A DNA stretch of 55,453 nt, the filler included, from Sphacelaria rigidula (lineage: Eukaryota), in the NCBI GenBank assembly GCA_964200075.2. It is 6 parts of 6 records of this genome, joined end to end, with 100 filler letters (N's around TTAATTAATTAA, not from the genome) between each part and the next. Parts side by side here need not be neighbours in the genome. Positions count along the whole stretch, not along the records: positions 9,261 to 18,420 come from CAXNAA020009156.1; positions 18,521 to 27,679 come from CAXNAA020009157.1; 4 more parts are not named here. The stretch is one strand, 5' to 3'. This document shows, piece after piece, positions 10,726 through 23,500 of this stretch. The translations under genes were made by a program, and so were the position numbers. Positions within the stretch are counted from its first letter, which is position 1, and each line of letters begins with the position of its first letter. The notes beneath the pieces were generated by a model. It had not been told where the DNA came from. It saw only the letters and a program-made list of their open reading frames with translations, and ran no database searches.

Positions 10726-12769
10726 AGGTTGCTGGTCTATTCGTGTGCTGTTTTCGTCATGACATCACTCATCTTTCCCCCTACACTAGGACGGCGTGTG
10801 ATTTCTCGTGAAAATGAATTTGTGAACCGTCACGTCACCATCACTACAGTATATACTTGTATCACGAAATGATGATCACCTTCCTTGTTTCGTCAAAATG
10901 CCGCCTTCTGATATATATCTTCTTGAGGTGCTGTTGTAGAGATGCACACCTCCTACGTCACGTCAACTTAAATATCCATGTACAACTCCAAATTTTAGGC
11001 CATAATAGCGTCCATTTTGACCCCCGGTTCAGAATCGTGGCGGGAAAAAACGCGTGTGAAATTATTGAAAAACAAAATTTTGAACGGCACTGAAAGTTTG
11101 ACACAACATTTGTATCATCACTACGCACAACATTTGTCGAGGTGAATTCTCAAAGAACAAACAAACAAGAAGTAAGGGTCTAATTCCTTGGAACGGCATG
11201 AAGTTTTTCGCGTTTGTGCGATGAATCTTGTGCCACGGTGAAAGCGCGAACTACTAGTTTTTGGTATGAAAATAACATTTTTGGGCATTCTTTGACGTGA
11301 ATATGGAAATTCAAGCATCAGTTTATCCATTGTGGCCACGAAAATTTGTGGGACTCTTCGTTCGGTGTTGCGGCGACAGAGAGTTTGCGAAAAAAAATGA
11401 AAAAAAATCGTAGTGCCGATTTTCCGGGGTCACAAAATGGACGAGTAAGAAAAACGACTTGGATCTCGTCGGACCCCCGAAAAACGGTGAAAAAATTAAG
11501 GAGTAGAAAACCCTCGTTGGTCGAGACGTGCGTAATGATTCGTCGTACATTTGTGCAAAGCTTCAGGGTCCAACTCCTAATAAATGCGTGAAGGTTTGCG
11601 CGTTTGTGCGAGGATGTGAGCTTTACCACGTGCCAACTCCTAAGTACTTGGTTTTAGTATGAAAAAAATGGGGTGAATTTTACGTGGAGTCAGAAAAAAT
11701 TGGATGAGATTTTCGAGTTTCCCACCAAACTTTGTACATGTGTTCCTTGGACTATCCCGGGACGCATCGTGTTATTATTTTTTCTGTTTAGTCATTCTGT
11801 ACCGCCTTCTGGGGGTCTTTGTACTGGGACCCCCGGAAGCCGGTAGAGAACGGGGAAACTTTGAACTCTTTCCAAGAACACAATTTTGGAGCGTCAATAC
11901 CTATGGAACTGCCAAGTTCGAAGACGATCTGAGCTTTTTCTACAACAGATAAAAGGGAAATCGTCACCAGGCTCCCTGAGTCTTCCCTACGTATCGTGAG
12001 TGGAAATTAGACGACGCCAAAATCCAAATCACCGAAACGTTACGGCTTCGGGTATATAATTCGACCCCGTTGGAACCGTTTTCAAATCTGTTTCTCCCGT
12101 TAGAATCTCGAGGTGAAGACGACCACTACGATTTGAAGCATGTGTAGATTCGGTATAAATTAGGCTTGGAGTTCGTAGTTTAAATTTCGGAACAGTTTTA
12201 AAGGCGCTGATTGGTCCAAACACATCTTCGTCCATAGTGCCTGTGGCTATAGCCTTGAACAAAAATCCGGCTATGTTACCCTCTTCGTCTGCTCATTACA
12301 GTCAACATGATGCCATGTATGCGTTTATTGGGTGCGTATTCCAGGAGGCATTTGCTGATGACAGAGTTTTGCGTCTTTAGCGTGAACCAGCCTGTGGGCA
12401 CTCTCAGCAATACTCGAGTATAGAGTATCACCGGGGTATGATAAGCAACCGTGACCGTCGGCGACTTCGTGGCGTCACTTCACAGACTATGTTGAATACA
12501 TGGGCGAACGATGGCCATCAATTAGATGAGTGGCGGTACGTCACGGGCTACAATGAGTATGAGCGAATGATGACCATCAAAATACAAAAAAAAGAAACTC
12601 CGATGGCAGTCCATACTTGATACCTCTCAACCCCTTCGATATCACTTTCAGTACAGAGCGCTACCCATCATCATTGAGTAGTCGCGTAGACGGATTGTCG
12701 AATAGGTATTACCAAAATGAGCGACTCCACTGGTCGCACATGTGACTCCTCCATGGGAGAGTCAGCGGT

Positions 12770-13720
12770 GGTATATCGGGTTCGGCCTCAGATACTGTAC
12801 CCAACTTTCGGGTAGATTTGGTATGACCTCAAATATTCTGCTCAATTTTTGGGTAGACCGAGTATGACTTCGAATACTCTACTCAAATTTCGAGTGGATT
12901 GAATATGACCTCAAATACTCTACTCAAACTTCGAGTAGGTCGAGTAGGGCCTCAAATACTCTACTCAACTTTTGACTTGGACGAACACCGCCTCCAATAC
13001 TCTGCTCAAAATTTGAGTACATCGAGTACGACCTCCACTACTCTTCTCAAATATTGAGTAAGCACTCTGAGCAATACTCGAGTATAGAATATCACTTGGG
13101 TGTTGTGATGAACCTCAGAGGCGTTGCAAGACATACGCTGTGCGGGTCTGGTCGTAGACCCTGGATTCCGTGACGCGTTGTTATCGCGTCTGCTACTGTC
13201 ATTAGTTAGGGTTGTTCAGCCATGGCGGCAGACCGCGTCGCCCTACCTCAATCAGTTACCGGCTTGCTTTGGTCTCTACCCTGGGCCATCACTACGCTCT
13301 TCTCCTATGGCTGCGCCCCGGCTATGCTGAGTAAGAGAGGCTTGTAGATAAAACATGATGCTAAAGCAAACACGTGAGTTCCTCATCAAGAGTCTGAACA
13401 TGGATGAACCTACTTTGTGATGGTCAAGGAAGGGTAGCTAGGTCTGTGTGAAGTTGCCCACGTGGGAGCTTGGTAGGTTGGCACCATGGTATCTCCTGGC
13501 ACTCATACTGAGAGACCCCAGCCAATGCATTAGCTACACTCTCCATATGACAGTATGACCTTTATACTCTACTCAAATTTCGAGTAGGTCGAGTACGGTC
13601 TCCAGTACTCTTCTCGAATGTTTGAGTAAGTTGAGTACGGCCTCCAATACTCTACTCAAAAATTGAGTACTCAAAGTATGACTCTTCGAAACAACTGAGT
13701 ATTGAGTATACTCTACTCGA
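12770..13720. repeat. 41-bp minisatellite (GAGTATGACCTCAAATACTCTACTCAAATTTCGAGTAGGTC-like) split by an insertion
   Basis: Units start at 12821, 12862 and 12903 and resume at 13553. Confidence 0.85.
13104..13552. mobile_element. Probable solo LTR (449 bp)
   Basis: TGTGATG...TATGACA termini; flanks GTGT/GTAT (4-bp TSD, one mismatch); interrupts the GGGTATGA motif that is intact near 12433. Confidence 0.55.
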
Positions 13721-13910
13721 CCTCCCCTTCCATCATTTTTTACTTGTGTCAACCATGGCTAATTGCAATGGGCGAATTAAAAAATGGGGTGGGTGTCATC
13801 CGACGTGGGTGGCGAAGGACGTTGGGTAGTAGTCGTCTTGCACTTCTTGCCACGTCGTTGATCACGGCGTTGCTCGTTCTCGAAGCGTTTCCGTTAGAAA
13901 AAGGTATCGC

Positions 13911-14199
13911 AGGTATGTCCTTCCTTCTTGTTGCACGGAGCCCAGGTGTATACCAGGCGATCACGTCCTTTTCCCTGCCGAAACCTTTACTGGGTATTGT
14001 TGCCCGAAATATGGCAGTCTCCACCCCCGGTGCTGCGGGACGATATACATCGTTTCTTTCTCCCCTCAGCACCGGGGGGTGGAGACTGGGGACCATCGTA
14101 TTTCGGGTAATAGTACCCGGTACAAGTCTTGACAGGGAAAGGGACGTAGTCGACCGGTATGTACCTGGGCTCCGTGCAACACAAAGAGAGGGTATACCT
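13911..14199. mobile_element. Foldback MITE (~290 bp)
   Basis: TGTTGCACGGAGCCCAGG / CCTGGGCTCCGTGCAACA and CAGTCTCCACCCCCGGTGCTG / CAGCACCGGGGGTGGAGACTG are inverted pairs. Confidence 0.8.
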
Positions 14200-14248
14200 A
14201 AGGAAAGTCGGTGACAACTTTGAACACAAGTGACCCCCACAAATCTAA

Positions 14249-14351
14249 CCCTTTGACCGCCAGGGTAGGTCCCCCTGTTGCATCGGCATCAATATTAACT
14301 TGAAACAAGTATGCGTGATCTGGATGGACTACCCGCACCGCGGTCTAAGGC
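14249..14351 (+). mobile_element. ~100-bp piggyBac-like MITE, copy 2
   Basis: CTAA|CCCTTTGACCGC...GCGGTCTAAGGC|TTAA. Confidence 0.75.
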
Positions 14352-14909
14352 TTAAACCCGTCAGGTGTGCTCACATGGACTACGCCACATTTGAGGTTGA
14401 CATGCACATGTGTGTCCAAAATAAACACGTCTATGAGAATGTAGATTTTCGGCATAAAAAAATATAACAGTCCCGGAGAGACCCTTACCAGTTTGCGTGC
14501 AGGGTCAGTATGTGTGCTGTATATGTCTTCGCATCAAAAGTGGGGGTTCACAGCTCAGACTGCGGCCAGGTGGGGGTTCAGAGCCGAAAACTCTTGGTCG
14601 CAAGTGATCCATACCTTGTGAATACAACGGCCTAGGCATAGTACGGCGTACGGCCTGCTGTATTTGTTTGTGTTTTGTCAAGGCTCGTTGCACTTCGTCG
14701 CGTCCAACCTTCCTCAAATCTTTTTTGACTTGACGGCTTCCGAAGACACTTGAGCTGGCAACAGCAAGCTATCCGGTCGGCAAGGGGGGCACAAAACCGT
14801 TAAACGTTCGACACATTCTTGGCAGACTAGAAAGAACCGTGGTTTTGGTAGTGGTAAAACTAATTTCTCAGTCCCCAGTGCTGTGAAAATGAAATGCATA
14901 AAAAACACA

Positions 14910-15387
14910 GGAACCGTAGGTAACGTACCGTACCAAGCGTACCCCCGGTATTTGCCGGGGTATCACATACCGTGGTATGTGTGGATATCGTAGGTATGAC
15001 TTGTGAAAATACCTGATTGAGTGGGTACGGTAGGTATTGAAATCTCGAAATACCCTGGTATCGTAGGTATCGTTGGTATGAGTTTTGAATACCCGATTGG
15101 GCATCTACGGTAGGTACTGATATCTCGAAATACCGTGGTATCGTAGGTATCGTAGGTATGACATATGAAAACACCCGATTGGGCAGGTACGGTAGGTACT
15201 GGTACTTCGAAATACCGTGGTATCGTGGGTATCGTAGGTATGATACATGAAAATACCCAATTGTGTCGGTATCGGAAGGGTATGGGATGTCCCAAATACC
15301 GGTACCGGGTACCTGCCTTGCCTTCTATAACGAATTCGAAACTCTCATCCAGCAGTGCGAAGAAGCGTTTCAGAGCGTGTCTTGGCA
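14910..15387. repeat. Element with ~81-bp GTAC/GGTATC-rich internal tandem units, copy 1
   Basis: TAGGTATG-like anchor at 14991, 15073, 15153 and 15235; starts GGAACCGTAGGTAA and ends GAAGAAGCGTTTCAG..CGTGTCTT like copy 2. Confidence 0.8.
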
Positions 15388-16890
15388 AAAACAAAAATGT
15401 GGCGGTGGAGTTGATTCGAGCGAACATTGCACATTTTTGTCGAGTTGGGTCCAATCGAATTTTCAAGCTTTCGATCGGAAAATGACGGTAAAATTCGTGA
15501 AACGGTACATCGTCACTTGTGTACGGTACAGACAGTCTGCACTGTCTGCACTGCTTGCAAGCAGTGTGTCTCGAGTGCGTGTGTGCGTGTTTCGTACAGC
15601 AAGACGTTCAAGAGAAGCGGGCAACGTGCAGTGCAGACAGCCCAGGACTATCTGTTCTCTCTGCTTACAATGCGACGTAAAAAGGACTTCAACGACGCGC
15701 AGCTTTGTACTGCCTGTACTGTCCATGAGCATGTACGCAACTCGGTCGCCCACCGTACCACGCAGTTCCGTCGCCGATCCTACCATGGAAGAAGATGCGC
15801 AAGTTTTCGCCAACAAAAAATGAACAAAGCATACTCAACTAATGCAGCGTATCTATCCCTGTGCTCACAACCAAAACGTGTGGCGTTTCGCAGGAGTAGG
15901 GAGGATATATAGAAGAATATCACCAGTGTTGCGATATACCATACTCTCTCGCCAGGCTCGTTCTCTCGAGGAAAACGGAGGTGAAACATATAGAAGTGGT
16001 GAGGGCATAATTTGTTGTATGTTAGCTTGTAAATATAGTGTTTTCCGTGACATCCAGCATACTGCAGCCGACACACAGTCGAAGGACGACGGCGGGATAC
16101 GTGTCCTTTGACCTTTCTTGTGTCCTGGTAAAACACAAAAGTCTTGGAGCTACTACGTTGTTCGACCATCGAAATGTACAGTCCATGTGCATGGTCAAGA
16201 GGTGCAACGCTACAAGAGCTTTGTTCCTGTGCCAGTAAGGACGATCGTTATCGCGGGGGAATTCCTGCTTTAGTAGATAATGGGAGTACCATTTCAGAGT
16301 TTGCTGCAAGCGTCCTTGTCTGTAATGATCTGTAACATAGGTTTGCGAAGCCCTTCACCCGTAAGCCCGCATCAAGAGAATGTTTATACAAACTCGAGAA
16401 GCCACATGTGAACTGCTAGTTCTGCAACCGACGAGCTTCCACTTGCGTGATGGAGAACTTCACATGCAAGGAGTCTGTGGCGAAGGCGCCATCTTCATTT
16501 CTTGACGCGATGCAAAGTGAAAAGTCCGTCGAGGAGCGTGCTTCATGTCTTCAGGGATGCAAAGTGAACAGGTTATCGGCTTGCCGAGGAGCGTGCTGTA
16601 GTGTTTCAAGGTGGTCCGAGAACAAAGCGGGAAATCCTTCGGTAGAATGGTTCCTATTTCTCGTGATCACCGGAGAGAGAATATGCCACTCACCATGTCG
16701 ACTCGGCGCTGAGAATGACGCAAACACAAGGTCCTCGGCGCATTTGGTCTGGGGGCTGCTGTCTCCTCGGAAACGAAGGGTTACACACCTTGACCAAGAA
16801 TGCCACCGTCCCACCTTGGTTTGTATAAGAAATTCCATTTTCTCGAGTCTCGAACGTTTCGTCACATTTATAGTAGTCGGGCCTCCTCTC

Positions 16891-16966
16891 GTGCTGCGTC
16901 TCGAAAGGGAAGCGTGGTAATGGCCAAACGACTAAGGCAAGCAATAAATGAGTACGCCCCCTCCCA
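16891..16966 (+). mobile_element. Isolated LINE 3'-end fragment
   Basis: CGTCTCGAAAGGGAAGCGTGG...CGACTAAGGCAAGCAATAAATGAGTACGCCCCC is the reverse complement of the LINE terminus at 18521-18682. Confidence 0.75.
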
Positions 16967-17482
16967 CCTGTACTGTGCAACATACATCGTGCGCGTAAAG
17001 CATGAAGCTATTCATGTGTGTCGTGGGATACGCGGGGGCTTTGATCTCTATGCTGGGATTGCGACCAGACCTTGCTGCAAATACTCGTTTTGATTGTTTT
17101 TATCGTGATCGAATTTGCGAAATAGAAAGCAAGAGGTTTCAAATACATGCCCCGGGCGATTCCTGTCATCCTAGCGTCGTTCCTGTCGTCAAATCTTTTG
17201 TGTGTGAAAAAAGGATCCGCCTCGAAGGTGTCGGAATATGACTAGCATCCGAATATTTTTCTGAAAATACAATTCGTTCAAACAGCTGTTGCCTTCACCT
17301 AGTTCTGAAAGTATTGAGCTGTAACCTGTATGTATGCGTTTACACCTATGGTAAAAATTACCGTGCTGCATGGCTTTGACTTCATCCCGACTACACGTCC
17401 ACATTTTTTCTGAAAAATGGCCGAAAGTCTAGAAGAAACTCCGAAAATCACCCTTCAAGTCGGCCCCAAAAAACAGTACACG

Positions 17483-18047
17483 GGAACCGTAGGTAAGGTA
17501 TACCGCACCGAACGTACCCCCGGTATTTACCGGGGTATCCAATACCGTGGTGTGCGTGGGTATCGTGAGTGTGAATTTTGAAAATACCTGATTAAGCGGG
17601 TACGGTAAGTATCGAAATCTCGGAATACCGTAGTATCATGGATGTCGTAGGTATGCGTTTTGAAAGTAGCTGACTGAGCGGGTACGGTAGGTATCGAAAT
17701 ATCGAAATATCGAAATACCGTAGTATCGAGGATATCGTAGGTATGCGTTTTGAAAATAGCTGATTGAGCGGGTACGGTAGGTATTGGTATCTCGAGATAC
17801 CGTGGTATCGTAGGTATCGTAGGCATGACATTTGAATATACCCGATTGGGCAGGTACGGTAGATCTCGAAATACCGTGGTATCGTGGGTGTCATACGTAT
17901 AGCATTTGAATATACCCGATTGGACCGGTATCGGTAGAGTATGAGATGTCCCAAATACCAGTACCGGGTACCTGCCTTACCTTCTATACCGGTTTCAAAA
18001 CTGTCATCCGGAAGGACGAAGAAGCGTTTCAGGCCGTGTCTTCGCAC
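17483..18047. repeat. Same ~81-bp-unit element, copy 2 (direct orientation)
   Basis: Shares start GGAACCGTAGGTAA...CGTACCCCCGGTATTT and end GATGTCCCAAATACC.GTACCGGGTACCTGCCTT with 14910-15387. Confidence 0.8.
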
Positions 18048-18420
18048 GTTTTTTTCGGTCGAGGAAAAGGGACAACATAATTCAGTTAGGATATAGTATG
18101 GTTTCGAGACGTCAATTTGATGCGAATAAAAAGCCAGTGAGGCGGCCCTATTCGGTGTTCCCTGGAGACCGCGCCACGCCTAGTAAAAGACGAACAGGAA
18201 AATCAGTGCACTCAACGACTCATCCACGTGTGTTACGTCGCTGTTGCCGCTGCTGAACGGACAACATTCAGGGTGCTCCTACGGTAGATCTGCATGTGTA
18301 AACATCGTTCGTGCAAGGCCGAAAAACAGGAGGGGGGGGGGGGGGGGGGGGGGTGTTCTTATGTTACTTTCTGTGTAGTATAGGGGCCTTGAGCGACGCG
18401 CCCTCGAAAGGGGGGGGGGG

Positions 18421-18520
18421 NNNNNNNNNNNNNNNNNNNNNNNNNNNNNNNNNNNNNNNNNNNNTTAATTAATTAANNNNNNNNNNNNNNNNNNNNNNNN
18501 NNNNNNNNNNNNNNNNNNNN
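18421..18520. other. Artificial contig-joining linker 2
   Basis: Same 100-bp N44-TTAATTAATTAA-N44 structure. Confidence 0.98.
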
Positions 18521-20170
18521 GGGCGTACTCATTTGTTGCTTGCCTTAGTCATTTGACCATTGACCACGCATCCCTTTCGAGACGGAGCATATAGCATAAG
18601 AGAGGGAGGGGGGGGGCGGACTCATTTTTTGCTTGCCTTAGTCGTTTGACCATCGACCAGGCATCCCTTTCAAGATGGAGCACCGTTACTATCACTCCTA
18701 ATAGAGATATCTCCAACATTTGGGCGGTCATTACGTTTCTCCCATACGCTGCACGGAAACATTTTACAACTGGTACCCCTTTCCTGTTTCGCCGTCTCTG
18801 GCAACCATCTATATCCTATTTTAGTGTAGCCATCATTTTTTCGCTTCTGTCGAATGTATCATACGATTTCAAGTCACCTTCGTTTGCTTCCAGCATTTCC
18901 CCCCTCTAACACGTCCCGTTCTTCCTTGTATATTTCACATTCTGCCACTATGTGAGTTCTACTCTCTATTCCTTTGCTACAGGGGCAGTGCTGTGAATCT
19001 TCTTCTTCCCCCACTCGACTCCCGGTGTGCCTCTTTCTTCTTTCCGGCAGGTCCAGCTTCCCCACCCGAAAAAGTAGTTGAATTTTCTTAGCGGAATGTC
19101 TACTTTCCGTCGTAGCGTTTCTTTTCCCCATGTATCATCATGTCTCTTACTTGCGTCTTGCACCCCCCAAATTTCACCTATAGACATAATCTCATCTTGT
19201 TTTCCTTCTATCGCCTTTCATACTTTCTCGACTACCCTATCCCACCTTATTCCAGGCTACCCTTCCGTCATTTCCATCCATACAGCCCTATCAACTATGG
19301 CTGGCAATCTCTTTCTCTGCATGTTCGTTACGCTATGTTGCCATCGCAGCTTTCTCAGGTCTCTGTTTGTTTTAAGGTAGTACATTCCCAACTCTGCCCT
19401 CAATACTGTATCACTCGTCGTTTTTGAGCTTCCAAGTAGTTTCTTAGCTGCTGTCATCTGTACTGTTTCTAACCGCTTCACCAACTTCTCCTGCACATTC
19501 CAGCTTCGGTACAATCACACTCATCAGAATACACCTCTTAATCCTACTATCTAGGTGTGAGTCTCTTAGGATCACGTCGATCTTGCCTATCTGTGCCTTA
19601 ATCTTTTCTATTTGTGCATCCCACAAGAGTTTTCAAAATCTCTACACCAAGGTGTGTATAGTAGTTTACGATCTGCAGTTCATAGTCTCCCCACTTCCAA
19701 TCGAACCCAACCGGGTTTTCCTTATCTTTCTTACGTACGAGTACCGTGCATTTGCTTACATTCGGTCACTGTTCATTTCCTAGCGAATGCCAGCGCCTTC
19801 TCTATTTGTTTCTGCAATCCTTCTGGTGCCTCTGATATCCCCACGAAATCATCCACGAACGACAATTCTGAAACCGCATGTTGCCCCACCTTGACTCCTT
19901 GCTTTGCTGCTTCTATTGCTGCCCATCAGGTCATTAACAAATATCTTGAACAAAGTTGTTGATAGCGTACATCCTTGTGCAACTCCTTGTAAAATATCAA
20001 GATATCTTCACATCTCCCCGTCTAGCATCATAGCACTCCTCGCACGTTGTGTCATCTTCTTCACCATTTTCCACATTTTCCCTCTAATCCCAGTTTCCCA
20101 CATCTTTTCACGCAGCCCATTCCTCCAAACTTTGTCATGGGCCTTTTTTAGGTCGAGGAAGAAGCAGAGA
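18521..20170 (-). pseudogene. Decayed non-LTR retrotransposon (LINE) ORF2: RT plus C-terminal CCHC finger, with tandemly duplicated 3' terminus
   Basis: FFLDLKKAHDKVWRNGL, QGVAQGCTLS..LF.IFVNDL, SFVDDFV (catalytic DD), YTHLGV, LRAELG, CPC...ESRTHIVAEC; many stops and frameshifts; terminal unit repeated at 18521-18590 and 18610-18682. Confidence 0.92.
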
Positions 20171-20333
20171 GCGCGCGGGGGGGGGGGGGGGGGGGGGGAT
20201 ATTGATAGGGCCAAAAAGGAAAAAAAAAGTCCCGCAACCATTGTTTGGAAATGATTATCACGTNNNNNNNNNNCCATCCACCCCCCGCCCGCACGGTCCT
20301 GTATGGTTTTTGGGGGGTGGTGGGGGGGGGGGG

Positions 20334-20369
<36 letters not shown>

Positions 20370-20547
20370 GGGGAGATATTGATAGTGCCACAAAGGAAAA
20401 CAAAAGTCCCGCAATCATTGTCTGCAAATGATCATCACGTGCTCACAATTGGTTTCATGAATTTTATGTCAAACGTTGTTTTTTCATGGAAATCTGAGAT
20501 GTGGAGCATACGATCTTGATTCCACTGCTTTTTACTTACCAATGAAT

Positions 20548-20581
<34 letters not shown>

Positions 20582-20747
20582 CAAAAAAACACACTACCCA
20601 CAAAAAAGGAAAAAAAAAANNNNNNNNNNAAAGTTTGTTTTTTTCAGAAATCTTGGAATTGGTACAAACGCTCTTTCTTCCCCTTCTTTTTTTTTACCCC
20701 ACAATTCCCCCCCCCCCCCCCCCCTCCTATTCCTCCAAAAAACACAG

Positions 20748-20948
20748 GTTCATCATGCATGAACTGAGAGTAATCGAGCACAAAGATGTCGTAGAACAGG
20801 CTGAGAAGAGGGTGGAACAGAAGTCCGATATATACGATGCGAAGAGTTGTGACCAGGCCAGGACAGCACTGCGACAGGAGAACCTCACGTTCGAACCCAG
20901 CATGTACGAGGAACTACCGCAGCCGGGCGTTAACATTCTTGCTCAAGG
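20748..20948 (+). other. Possible exon or transposase remnant (FIMHELRVIEHKDVVEQAEK...PGVNILAQ)
   Basis: AAACACAG acceptor, open coding-like frame, CAAG|GTTTGT donor; product not recognised. Confidence 0.35.
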
Positions 20949-21564
20949 TTTGTATGCGCTGCTCGAGTGTCACTGCTACAGACGCAATGGCTCACCGCGC
21001 AGCATGCCGTGCGTTCCAAGGAAAATCCATTACCTCGAGGCAACATATTCTTGCTGTCACAGAGAAACAAACGAGGAGCATCATTCCGTTTGGCCTGGAC
21101 GACTTTCTCTGGAGGCTGAGCTCATGACTTAAGTGTTCGTCTATATCCTTACGCTGCTGATATCCCCTCTCCGTTGAGCCCAAGCATTCGTCTTCTGGGG
21201 CTAATATACATGCTAGCTCATACGTATTTTCCATATTTTGCCATCGCCTCAGAACGTTGCGAAGGCGTATAGCTGAGGATGACATGCTGAGGTTGAACTG
21301 ATGCCTATTTTGCACTAGCGCGACGATGGTGGTTGACTCGTCGATTCGGAGACAAACGTCAATTTCATTGAAGGAGCCAGTTGCCTTGGCTCTGGGCTGT
21401 GTGCCGTGTTGACATATTTGGACTTGGGGCTAGGAAATGTAGTGGCCCTGGTTCCTCATACATATACGCTGCGTGTACGGCACATGCTTGAATGAAGATT
21501 ACCTACATAAGATCACTCGGTTCAAGCCAGACATAATCAGCCAATGTTATGTTTTGTAGGGTAA

Positions 21565-22675
21565 GGGTACACCCGGTAGGGTATGAGGTTCTTTACATAT
21601 CTCACAGAACCTGTTGGGTGAGGTATGGGTGTTGTACAGAAACCCGCACCCGCACCAAGGTATTTCTACAACGGTATATCCGTGCCCCGGGTATGGGAAT
21701 GGGAGAATTGCCAAACCTATAGAACTAAGGTTTTGGTTTGAGAGGCTTACATAACTCCAGCAATGTCTGGTACGGGAAGTACCCGGGTATGTTCCACGGG
21801 CATGTTCACCGGGTATACCCATATGTTTCTTGGCTTCGGGGGGCGAAACGCAAGGGGATGCATGCCTTACACCGCAAGTGGCACACGGCATACTGACGAA
21901 GCACCCCACTACGGTTATTATGTAGCGTTGGTAATAGGATGCATGCAACACGGAGGTTGTTGATGATGTGTGTCCACCGCGCATGCTTGCCCGCCAAAAA
22001 TGCAACACGAATGGTAAGTATGTAAATTAATGAGAAAGAAACGGTCACCACAGGAACCTAAACCCCGCTAAAATTAAAAAAAAAGTTGGTGGTGATTATT
22101 TTTAGTTGTGCCCATCAAAACGGTACTCCGAATACCTGATTTTTTTTTGTCTGTCAATGACTCATGATGAAAATCGCAAAAGCATAGCTTGATTCTTCGT
22201 GCGTAGCATCAGTATTAAATTCTGGGGTGGTCCGTTCCGAGAGTCTACATTGTTGTTCATGTTTCGTGTTTCCACTCCAAGGTACCCCGAAACCCGTCAG
22301 CGTACGGTATTTGCTACTTTTGCTTGGTATGTTGGCGGTGTTTGAGCGGACGAGGTGGGCCCTGTGAAATGAGGCTATGTGTGCAATCATGACGTCAGAC
22401 TATGTCGGGGTTGAACCGACACTCATACTTCCCCGGGTATATACCCGTGCAAGTACCTGCATCAGTATTTTTCAACAGGGGTGTTGCTGTACATTAGATA
22501 TGAGTATAGGAGGCTTACATAACTTACATAACTATCAGGTACGGGTATGAGTCCTGTACGAAAACCGTATCCTCCCCCCCCGTATTTTTACAACGGTACA
22601 CCCGTGCCCCGGATACGGGTATGGGAGGTTTACAGATCTCACAGAACTGTCAAGTGGAGGTGATACCCGGACAAT
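21565..22675. repeat. Two diverged patches of one repeat (21565-21830 and 22500-22675)
   Basis: Shared GAGGCTTACATAACT, ACAACGGTA.A.CCGTGCCCCGG and TTACA.ATCTCACAGAAC. Confidence 0.65.
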
Positions 22676-22864
22676 CACCCCAAATATACAAAACAAAATG
22701 GACCCTGCAGAACATGACCTTGAAATCAAAGTTTATTGCCCGAACAATGAATTGCCCGAACAGTGAACTGAAATCGAAACACGAAATTTTGCAGATTGCG
22801 GACGAATTTTGCTTTCAGAATGAACCTTGAGAACATTCATAAGCATCGACTTTTTTTCGAATGA

Positions 22865-23418
22865 TAACAGCCGGTCATCGATATTGAGGATGGAGCTTTT
22901 CATTGAGGATGAGAACCCGGAGGATTCAAATCTTCGTATCCACACCAAATCTTCGAAATATGGTTCCATTCCTTCACCTACTTGTAGCTATTGACAAGCA
23001 CTACACGTCATACAAATTTGGATTTCGATAACCGAAATGTTCGGGTCCTAGGTGCACTCATGATCATGCATGCCATAGTCAGTGACGAACCATTTTCGGG
23101 GAATTTCGACTGTCCGATCGGATGACCCAAATTTCCTGAAAATGTATCTTTATCTAGGACCCCAACATTTCGGTTATCGATATCCAAATTTGCAGGTCGT
23201 ATAGCAGTTGTCAATAGCTAGCAGTAGGTGAAGGAATGAAACCCTATTTCGTAAATTTGGTGTGGATACGAAGATTTGAATTTCCGGGGTTCTCATCTTC
23301 AATGAAAAGCTCCATCCTCAATTTCGATGAACTGCTGTTCAATGTAAATGCACTCTCCGGTCGTGATGTGTGACCTCTTTCATCCTCGAAAAACTCCATC
23401 CGCAATTTGGAAAACCCC
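22865..23418. mobile_element. Foldback MITE family B, copy 1
   Basis: ~185-bp inverted arms at 22865-23052 and 23155-23340 (ATTGAGGATGGAGCTTTTCATTGA, ATTCAAATCTTCGTATCCACACCAAAT and complements); related to 38894-39327. Confidence 0.85.
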
Positions 23419-23500
23419 GCGTTTATACCAAACGCTTTCAACCTTCACTCATTCCCGTACAACGCGACTGTTCTTCAAAAGGTGTACTGAGTCAAGTATC

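Noticed and set aside
11900..12270. Coding-like minus-strand ORF 12029-12262
   Set aside because: No recognisable motif or convincing splice sites
12770..13720. 41-bp, ~81-bp, ~30-bp and 27-bp arrays as CRISPR arrays
   Set aside because: Units are contiguous and degenerate with no unique spacers, there are no cas genes, and the context is eukaryotic
20170..20730. Poly-G/poly-C tracts, poly-Pro/Gly ORFs and the 20198-20263 vs 20376-20440 duplicate
   Set aside because: Adjacent to 10-N gaps; one copy looks like an error-laden version of the other, typical of sequencing or assembly artefacts after homopolymers
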